Positions 13,088-21,493 of a stretch of 64,000 nt of DNA are shown here, one piece after another. The translations under genes and the position numbers were made by a program. The notes below the pieces were generated by a model. The model did no database searches, was not told where the DNA came from, and saw nothing but the letters and a program-made list of their open reading frames with translations. This DNA is from Eledone cirrhosa (lineage: Eukaryota): assembly GCA_964016885.1 (NCBI GenBank), contig OZ024743.1, forward strand, positions 364,560,001 through 364,624,000. Direction: 5' to 3'. Each line of letters starts with the position of its first letter. Position 1 is the stretch's first letter.

Positions 13088-15290
13088 TTACTTGCTCCCT
13101 GCCTCTCTTTTTGTCTGATGGTAGCCTGTTGTTCCAATGTATAAGGAGGACCCACAAAGTGAACACTGGTAGGCTAAGACAATGTATAAGGAGGACCCAC
13201 AAAGGGAACACTGGTAGGCTAAGACAATGTATAAGGAGGACCCACAAAGTGAACACTGGTAGGCTAAGACAATGTATAAGGAGGACCCACAAAGTGAACA
13301 CTGGTAGGCTAAGACAATGTATAAGGAGGACCCACAAAGTGAACACTGGTAGGCTAAGACAATGTATAAGGAGGACCCACAAAGTGAACACTGGTAGGCT
13401 AAGACAATGTATAAGGAGGACCCACAAAGTGAACACTGGTAGGCTAAGACAATGTATAAGGAGGACCCACAAAGTGAACACTGGTAGGCTAAGACAATGT
13501 ATAAGGAGGACCCACAAAGTGAACACTGGTAGGCTAAGACAATGTATAAGGAGGACCCACAAAGTGAACACTGGTAGGCTAAGACAATGTATAAGGAGGA
13601 CCCACAAAGTGAACACTGGTAGGCTAAGACAATGTATAAGGAGGACCCACAAAGTGAACACTGGTAGGCTAAGACAATGTATAAGGAGGACCCACAAAGT
13701 GAACACTGGTAGGCTAAGACAATGTATAAGGAGGACCCACAAAGGGAACACTGGTAGGCTAAGACAATGTATAAGGAGGACCCACAAAGTGAACACTGGT
13801 AGGCTAAGACAATGTATAAGGAGGACCCACAAAGTGAACACTGGTAGGCTAAGACAATGTATAAGGAGGACCCACAAAGGGAACACTGGTAGGCTAAGAC
13901 AATGTATAAGGAGGACCCACAAAGGGAACACTGGTAGGCTAAGACAATGTATAAGGAGGACCCACAAAGTGAACACTGGTAGGCTAAGACAATGTATAAG
14001 GAGGACCCACAAAGTGAACACTGGTAGGCTAAGACAATGTATAAGGAGGACCCACAAAGTGAACACTGGTAGGCTAAGACAATGTATAAGGAGGACCCAC
14101 AAAGTGAACACTGGTAGGCTAAGACAATGTATAAGGAGGACCCACAAAGTGAACACTGGTAGGCTAAGACAATGTATAAGGAGGACCCACAAAGTGAACA
14201 CTGGTAGGCTAAGACAATGTATAAGGAGGACCCACAAAGGGAACACTGGTAGGCTAAGACAATGTATAAGGAGGACCCACAAAGGGAACACTGGTAGGCT
14301 AAGACAATGTATAAGGAGGACCCACAAAGGGAACACTGGTAGGCTAAGACAATGTATAAGGAGGACCCACAAAGGGAACACTGGTAGGCTAAGACAATGT
14401 ATAAGGAGGACCCACAAAGTGAACACTGGTAGGCTAAGACAATGTATAAGGAGGACCCACAAAGTGAACACTGGTAGGCTAAGACAATGTATAAGGAGGA
14501 CCCACAAAGTGAACACTGGTAGGCTAAGACAATGTATAAGGAGGACCCACAAAGTGAACACTGGTAGGCTAAGACAATGTATAAGGAGGACCCACAAAGT
14601 GAACACTGGTAGGCTAAGACAATGTATAAGGAGGACCCACAAAGGGAACACTGGTAGGCTAAGACAATGTATAAGGAGGACCCACAAAGGGAACACTGGT
14701 AGGCTAAGACAATGTATAAGGAGGACCCACAAAGGGAACACTGGTAGGCTAAGACAATGTATAAGGAGGACCCACAAAGGGAACACTGGTAGGCTAAGAC
14801 AACATTGGTGGAGGTGTGCTGGAACATAAATTTAAAAAGTGTTGGAGGGTGCAGAGTCCGTCGTCATGAGTGATGACAGTATAGAAAGAGGTGATGTCCA
14901 TTGTGAAGGGGATTCGTGAGGGGCCAGGAGAGAAAGAGAGGCATAATTAGTATCCTGGATGTGGGAATGGAGGTTGGTGACTAAAGGGGCAAGGATGGTA
15001 TCCAAGTAGTTGGAGATGAATTCATTGGGACAGTTGCAAGAGGAAATGTTGGGTTTGTGAATATTAGGGAGGAAGTAGATACTAAAGATTAGTGGTAGTG
15101 GGAGGAGAGGGGAGCAGATGAGTTGGCGGAGGGTGGAAGACAATCTGTTAGTAACGGGGGGGGGGGGGGGGTTAGAATTTAGAGGGCAATAAAAAGAGGG
15201 TTGGGAAAAACTAGGGGAGAGCCTCAACCCACTAGAGGTCTGTATGCCCCACCACCACAGCAGGTTTAATGACAATCTCATTGTGATGTC
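13088..15290 (-). mobile_element. Penelope-like element remnant (RT fragment joined to a GIY-YIG motif that carries the 45-bp array)
   Basis: YFLPNIHKP..SSCNCPNEFISNYLDTILAPLV....HIQDT and FTMDITSFYTVITHDDGL match PLE RT; collapsed array reads FQHTSTNVVLAYQCSLCGSSLYIGTTG. Confidence 0.75.
13135..14802. repeat. 45-bp minisatellite, 37 copies, one variable site
   Basis: Unit caatgtataaggaggacccacaaagKgaacactggtaggctaaga; 25 T and 12 G variants by my count. Confidence 0.98.
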
Positions 15291-15539
15291 ATAGGTTGTG
15301 GAGAGTTCAGCCTAAGTGAGGTTGGAACAATGAGAACGTTTGTGAAAATTGAAGTGGTTCAAGGTGCAGTAGCAAGTGCTGTCAAAGGAGTCTGAGAGCA
15401 TAGAACTGACCACAGTTGGAATTGGAAAGTTTACTGCCTCACAATGGCTACAGAAGTATATTCATTCTAACGGGAATCCTCAGATTGTACACACGCACAC
15501 ATACATACTAAAAGTCTAAAAATCTGCCTTAAGCCAAAA

Positions 15540-15795
15540 GGCTCATTTGGCCGGTGCTTATCCTGGTTTCATGGCATGAAGTGACTGACAGTACAAGAGT
15601 CCCCCCTGAACAGGATGCCAGTCCATCGCAGGGTTAAACCCCCCCAGCTATTGCTGGTACTCATTTTCAGCTGGGTATACTGGAGCAACATGAAATGAAG
15701 TGTTTTGCTCAAAACACAACACACATCCCAGGAATTGACCCATGACATTATGATCGTAAGTCCAACACCTTTACCATTAGGCCACATGCCTCCAC
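15540..15795 (-). mobile_element. tRNA-derived SINE, second family
   Basis: Minus strand ggcatgtggcctaatggtaaaggtgttggac...tgtgttttgagcaaaacacttcatttca; homologous to 31980-32120. Confidence 0.7.
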
Positions 15796-15824
15796 CATAC
15801 ATACATATATATGCATACATACAT

Positions 15825-18800
15825 GATGATGGTTGCCCCCTCGTTATCGAGGATGGCCATTGCACGATACAACATTATTAATAATTATCAATTAATGCTA
15901 TCGTGCATTAATACATACACCCCTCCCTCCCGCCCCCACACACCACCATTATTATTACGTGGACCAATCATAAGCCAGAGGCCTATACTATCGTTTACCT
16001 GGTCGCCTTCGATATGTAGGATGGTAGGACTACGGAGTTCCGGAGAGTTGAAGAGAGAAAAATCTGGACGCTCAGCGACAATGCCAAAGTTAAAGACAAT
16101 CACACCTCGAGGACGAAAATGCGAGCATGCCTCTTTGTTTCGGCCGCAGATGGCTAACATAACCCCATCTCCCCCCGTTCCCCACCTTTCCAACCCCCCA
16201 AACGCAATCCAAAACTTCAGATTTGGTACCTTGAATGTAGGCACCTTAAAGGGTCGCTCTAACGAGGTTGTAGAAATGCTTGAACGTAAGGAGGTCGATG
16301 TTTGTTGTATCCAAGAGACCAGGTGGAGGGGTGGATCTGCTAGATACATTGTGGGTAGAAAACGATGCTATAAGCTTTTCTGGGTGGGAAACGACAATGG
16401 GCTGGGTGGAGTAGGAATCATGGTAGCAGAAAAGTGGGCAGATAAGATAATAGACGTAAATAGAGTGAACGACAGAATAATTAAAATAAGACTTGTCCTC
16501 AATAGAACTACGATGACAGTAATATCCGCGTACGCACCCCAATCCGGACTGCCCGGCACCATAAAAGACAGATTCTATGAGACACTGATGCTCACTACCT
16601 CCCAAATAACCGACAGTGACTATATAATTATTGCAGGTGACCTAAACGGTCACGTTGGACAACATTGTGACGGCTACGACGAAATCCATGGAGGCTATGG
16701 GTTTGGTACTAGAAATGAGGAAGGCTCGAGAATCCTGGAATTCTGCGACGCAAATAACCTAACTATCTGCAACACTAACTTCAAAAAACGAGACAATCAC
16801 TTGATCACCTACAGATCAGGGGAACATACTAGCCAGGTAGATTATATCCTTACCAGAAGACGTGACAAAGTGACTGTCGTAAACACTAAATCCCTCCCCC
16901 ATGAAGAATGCACTTCCCAACATAGACTGATAATTAGCGACCTAATAGTCAGGACGAGACGTACTAGACAACAGAAGAGGACTATCCTCAGGAGAAAAAT
17001 ATGGAAGCTAAAGGACCCCACAGCCAAAAATATATTCCAAAGCATATTACTTGATGCTTTCGACAGTGAGGAAGAGAAATTAGAGACGTACAAGGTAGAG
17101 GAACAGTGGGAATTCCTGAAAGCAAACCTGCTGACGGCGGCAGACGAAGTCTGTGGCTGGAGCAGGCCTATAGGCAGGAGGAGAGTAACATGGTGGTGGA
17201 ACAGTAAGGTGGAGGGGTCAATTAAGGCCAAAAAGCAGGCTTGGAAAGTATGGCGGGATGGGGGAAGCAGAGAAGACTATCAAGTGGCCAGGAGGGAAGC
17301 TAGGAGACAAGTGTACTTCGCAAGAAGGGCAGCAGAGGAAAGAAAGTTCAAGCATGTTCTACAACGCGATGACCAAAAACGTGAGGTGTTCAGGATTGCT
17401 AGGCAATGTGTCAAGGAAAACAGTGATATTGTCGGGGAGAAGTGTGTACTTAACGATGACGGCATACTTGCCATCACCGACGCCAATAAGAAGGTAGCTT
17501 GGAAGTGTCACTATGAAAGGCTACTAAATGAGGAGAATAAATGTGAGAAAGACAGTCTCCCCCACATCGACCCAATAGAGGGACCAGCAGTGTTAGTCGA
17601 GGGTAGTATAATAGGTAAGGCAATCAAAGATATGAAGACAGGCAAGGTGGCTGGGCCTTCGGAAATAGTTGCCGAGATGCTGAAGGCATCTGGTACGGTG
17701 GGACACACCATGGTCACCCGGATAGTCAACCAAGTCATACAGAATGGGGTTGTTCCGAAGGACTGGCGCAGCAGCATTATCGTTAACTGTTATAAGGGTA
17801 AAGGAGATGCCCTAGATAGGAGTAACTATAGAGGCATTAAATTAATCGACCAGGTCATGAAGGTCACGGGAAAAGTTATAGCGCAACTAATCAGAGAGCG
17901 AATTGATCTAGATGAAATGCAGTTCGGGTTTGTGTCAGGAAAAAGTACCACAGACGCTCTTTTCATTGTACGACAACTACAGGAGAAGTACCTAGCTAAA
18001 AGTAAACCCCTATACTTAGCTTTCGTCGACTTGGAGAAGGCCTTCGACAGAGTCCCCCGTTCCATTATCTGGTGGGCTCTTAGAAAACTAGGTGTTGATG
18101 AATGGCTTGTGAGAGCTATACAAGCCATGTATAAAGAAACAGTTAGCAAGGTTAGAATTAACAACGAATATAGTGAAGAGTTTAGTGTAAAAGTTGGTGT
18201 TCATCAGGGCTCTGTTCTTAGCCCCCTACTATTTATTATTGCCCTCCAGGCTATAACAGTGGAGTTCAAGACCGGCTGCCCATGGGAACTCCTATACGCA
18301 GATGATCTAACGCTCATAGCTGAATCAATGGCCGAGCTAGAGAAGAAATTCCAAACATGGAAGCATGGCCTAGAATCAAAAGGCCTTAAAATTAACCTAG
18401 CTAAGACTAAAGTTCTAGTTTGTAAGAAAGAAAATAAGGCGGCGGTCCCCTCCGGGAAGTGGCCATGCGCAGAGTGTAGGAAAGGCGTAGGTAGAAATTC
18501 CATTTTGTGTCCCAAATGCAAAGTTTGGGTGCATAAAAGATGTAGTGGGATCACAGGTAAGCTAACTAAGAACATAGATTTTACATGTGGCCGGTGTTCT
18601 GGGGATATAAGTAGCAGCAAGTGCCCACGAAATACTAGCTCTTTCAACTGCGCAGAGGGCTCTATAGAAATAGTGGACAGCTTCCGTTACCTGGGTGACA
18701 AAATCAGCAGTGGGGGAGGGTGCTCTGAAAGTACAGTAGCTAGAGTCAGAACTGGGTGGAAAAAGTTCAGAGAGCTTATACCACTATTAGCCGCTAAAGG

Positions 18801-19621
18801 GTTCTCCCTAAAAATGAAAGGCAGGCTGTACGATGCCTGCATACGAACAGCAATGTTGCATGGCAGTGAGACCTGGGCATTGTGTGCAGAGGATATACGC
18901 AGACTAGAGAGAAACGAAGCTTGCATGCTCCGCTGGATGTGTAATAGTAATATACGTGAACGACAAAGCATAAACGAACTAAGGAAAAAATTAGAAATAA
19001 GAGGGATCAGATGTTGTTTACTAGAGAGAAGGCTACGTTGGTATGGTCACGTGATGCGCATGAAGGATGATAGCTGTATAACAAAGTGCAGGGCAATAAA
19101 GATAGACGGTAGCCACGGAATAGGCAGACCCAGAAAAACCTGGGACGAGCTGATAAACACGACCTCACACACTTACACCTCACCAAGACAATGTCACTGG
19201 ACCGAGACCTTTGGCGGTATTCAGTAATAGAGAAGACCCGCCTTGCCAGTAGGCATCTCTAACAAAATACACCACGTCCCACCACCACAACCCCCACCCC
19301 ATCCACACCACCCCGTTCTATGTAAAGTTATGTTGGTGCCGCGCCATCCAGGCTGAAACAAATGAGATCGTGTAGGTGTCACGACAAAAAAACACACAGT
19401 CCACGCTGTAATGTGGCCGTGTAGGCAACACGGTAAAAACCTCCCAGACCCACACTGTAAATGTGGTTGGTGTTAGGAAGGGCATCCAACTGTAGAAAAC
19501 CTGCCAGACAGTCCTATGCGAGCAAGAAAATCACTCTTGCCTCAAGTGGGACTACCCCCGTCCAAACCCATGCAAGCGTGGAACACGGACGTTAAACGTT
19601 GATGATGATGATGATGATGAT
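15825..19621 (+). mobile_element. Apparently full-length RTE-clade LINE
   Basis: 5' region, single long ORF, about 370-nt 3' UTR, (GAT)n tail; atgcatacatacat occurs on both sides (candidate TSD in a (CATA)n tract). Confidence 0.93.
16021..19227 (+). CDS. RTE ORF: APE endonuclease + reverse transcriptase + PHD-like C4HC3 finger; 1-nt frameshift near the C-terminus (start codon uncertain)
   Basis: TLNVGTL, CCIQET, GDLNGH, VDYIL (APE); FVDLEKAFDRV, QGSVLSP, YADD (RT); CAEC..CPKC..VHKRC..CGRC; GRPRKTW terminus. Confidence 0.92.
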   Translation: MVGLRSSGELKREKSGRSATMPKLKTITPRGRKCEHASLFRPQMANITPSPPVPHLSNPPNAIQNFRFGTLNVGTLKGRSNEVVEMLERKEVDVCCIQETRWRGGSARYIVGRKRCYKLFWVGNDNGLGGVGIMVAEKWADKIIDVNRVNDRIIKIRLVLNRTTMTVISAYAPQSGLPGTIKDRFYETLMLTTSQITDSDYIIIAGDLNGHVGQHCDGYDEIHGGYGFGTRNEEGSRILEFCDANNLTICNTNFKKRDNHLITYRSGEHTSQVDYILTRRRDKVTVVNTKSLPHEECTSQHRLIISDLIVRTRRTRQQKRTILRRKIWKLKDPTAKNIFQSILLDAFDSEEEKLETYKVEEQWEFLKANLLTAADEVCGWSRPIGRRRVTWWWNSKVEGSIKAKKQAWKVWRDGGSREDYQVARREARRQVYFARRAAEERKFKHVLQRDDQKREVFRIARQCVKENSDIVGEKCVLNDDGILAITDANKKVAWKCHYERLLNEENKCEKDSLPHIDPIEGPAVLVEGSIIGKAIKDMKTGKVAGPSEIVAEMLKASGTVGHTMVTRIVNQVIQNGVVPKDWRSSIIVNCYKGKGDALDRSNYRGIKLIDQVMKVTGKVIAQLIRERIDLDEMQFGFVSGKSTTDALFIVRQLQEKYLAKSKPLYLAFVDLEKAFDRVPRSIIWWALRKLGVDEWLVRAIQAMYKETVSKVRINNEYSEEFSVKVGVHQGSVLSPLLFIIALQAITVEFKTGCPWELLYADDLTLIAESMAELEKKFQTWKHGLESKGLKINLAKTKVLVCKKENKAAVPSGKWPCAECRKGVGRNSILCPKCKVWVHKRCSGITGKLTKNIDFTCGRCSGDISSSKCPRNTSSFNCAEGSIEIVDSFRYLGDKISSGGGCSESTVARVRTGWKKFRELIPLLAAKGFSLKMKGRLYDACIRTAMLHGSETWALCAEDIRRLERNEACMLRWMCNSNIRERQSINELRKKLEIRGIRCCLLERRLRWYGHVMRMKDDSCITKCRAIKIDGSHGIGRPRKTWDELINTTSHTYTSPRQCHWTETFGGIQ

Positions 19622-19770
19622 ACATACATAGATGCATACATACATACATATATATATATATATATTCTTAGACTATGTAGAAATCTCAAACACAGAAAAT
19701 AACTGTAAATACAGTCAATTGCTAAAAATTATAGTTTATAAAATCAGGTAAAAACCTGTATATATATAGT

Positions 19771-19820
19771 TCTTGTCTGATGACCCTGTGATTAACAGGC
19801 GAAACTCCAGAGTTACAAGA
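19771..19820 (+). ncRNA. Minimal type I hammerhead ribozyme-like motif
   Basis: tcttgt-CTGATGA-c-cctgt(gatta)acagg-c-GAAA-ctc(ca)gag-TT-acaaga: 6-bp stem I, 5-bp stem II, short stem III, GUU site; C-C mismatch at the base of stem II. Confidence 0.75.
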
Positions 19821-19892
19821 CTCATTATTTAGCCTTAATAGAATGAATATATATATATTTCTGTTTTGTCATTTCCTTGATATATATATATA

Positions 19893-20666
19893 TGGCCGCT
19901 AAAGGGTTCTCTCTAAAAATGAAAGACTGTATGATGCCTGCATATGAACAGCAATGTTACATGGCAGTGAGACATGGGCAGTGTGTGCAGAGGATCTGCG
20001 CAGACTGGAGAGGAACGAAGCATGCGTGCTCCGTTGGATGTGTAATAGTAATATACGTGAACAGCAAAGCATAAATCAACTAAGTGAGAAATTGGGATAA
20101 GAGGGATCAGCTGTATAAAAAAGTGCAGGGCGATCAAAATTGATGGAAGTTACGGAGTAGGCAGACCCAGAAAAACCTGGGATGATTTGATAAACTCCAA
20201 CCTTACACACTTACACCTCTCTAAGACAATGTCACTGGACCGAGATCTTTGGCGCTACGCTGTAATACAGAAGACCCGCCTTGCCTAAGTACAAAGCGAA
20301 ACCTACAGTCAGTAGGCACCTCTTAATCAAATATACACCCCCATCCCACTACCGCAACTCCCATCAACACCACCCCTTCTCTGTAAAGTTATGTTGGTAC
20401 CACAACATCCAGTCCTAAATAAATGAGGTCGTGTAGGTGTCACGACAAAAAAACACACAGTCCACGGTGTAATGTGGCCATGTAGGTAACACGGTAAAAA
20501 CCTCCCAGTCCACACTGTAAACGTGGTTGGTGTTAGGAAGGGCATCCAGCCATAGAAAACCTGCCAGACAATCCTATACGAGCGAGACGACCAATCTTGT
20601 CTCAAGTGGGATAATTCCCGTCTAAACCCATGCTAGCGTGGAAAATAGATGTTAAACGATGATGAT
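19893..20666 (+). mobile_element. 5'-truncated RTE LINE copy
   Basis: Homologous to 24400-25380 with internal deletions; flanked by (TA)n on both sides. Confidence 0.9.
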
Positions 20667-20795
20667 ATATATATATATATATGTAGAAGAGATATTTAGT
20701 TTGTTGGAAATCCAACAAATATAGATTCCAGGGATAACTTGAACTGTTAAGGTATATTATCCTTGGTCATGTCAAATATTTATAAAACATTTTGT

Positions 20796-20855
20796 ATTTT
20801 ATCTGATGATAGTGTACCAAAATTTTTGATACCTTTGAAATATATATAATAGAAT
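20796..20855 (+). ncRNA. Degenerate minimal hammerhead-like motif
   Basis: attttat-CTGATGA-[imperfect gtaccaaaa/ttttgatac stem]-GAAA-tatata-TA-atagaat; stem I pairs with one G.U. Confidence 0.45.
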
Positions 20856-20892
20856 AAATATGGTTTTATAAATATAGTTTCCATTTATTTAA

Positions 20893-21485
20893 TATTTTAA
20901 AATCCCATTATCCGCTTATTATTACTGTTATATGCTTGTCCAATTATGCCCAAAATTCGAAGATTTTATTTAAATCCTCTCGTAAAATGCCCCATTTGTT
21001 TTTCTAAAATAACAATCTCGTTTGTTTAATTTTGGCCGAAAAATTCTAGGATTTATAAAATGGCCTCCTTGTCCCTCTTAATCTTTAAACCCCGCCCCCT
21101 CTATACTGTATTACGCGCCTGCTAGTTCACCCTTTCAATCACTCCCTTCTCTCACCAAATATAAATAAACCTGTTACGAGGTACGAATCTCAGAATTTGT
21201 CAACGCTTATTAATGGTCTGACCTGCTCGCTCCCCCCCCCCCCTGCGAAATGTAATGTAAAATGCCATTTTTTTATTGTCTCTCCAGCCTCTCGGTCCAT
21301 TCATTCATATATCCGTATCATCGCCCAGAAACCAATCTTTTGCTCTCTCTCAATGCTATTCTATAATTCTGTCTGGTTGTTCTAAATAATCTTCTTGTAT
21401 TTTAAAATCCCATTATTCGCTTATTATTACTGTTATATGCTTGTCCAATTATGCCCAAAATTCGAAGATTTTATTTAAACCCTCT
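20893..21485. repeat. 88-bp direct repeat pair (20893-20980 and 21398-21485)
   Basis: tattttaaaatcccattat..cgaagattttatttaaa present twice, 505 bp apart, with two mismatches. Confidence 0.85.
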
Positions 21486-21493
21486 TGCTAACT

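Noticed and set aside
13135-14802. CRISPR-like array
   Set aside because: Units are contiguous with no unique spacers, no cas genes, and the context is eukaryotic.
13059-14829. 575-aa (minus) and 572-aa (plus) repeat ORFs as genes
   Set aside because: They are open only because the 45-nt unit lacks stops in those frames; no flanking homology supports them.
15811-16020. N-terminal extension of the 1138-aa ORF
   Set aside because: The ATG at 15811 lies in the (CATA)n flank; the equivalent region is not preserved as coding in copy 2, whereas ATGs matching 16021 and later are.
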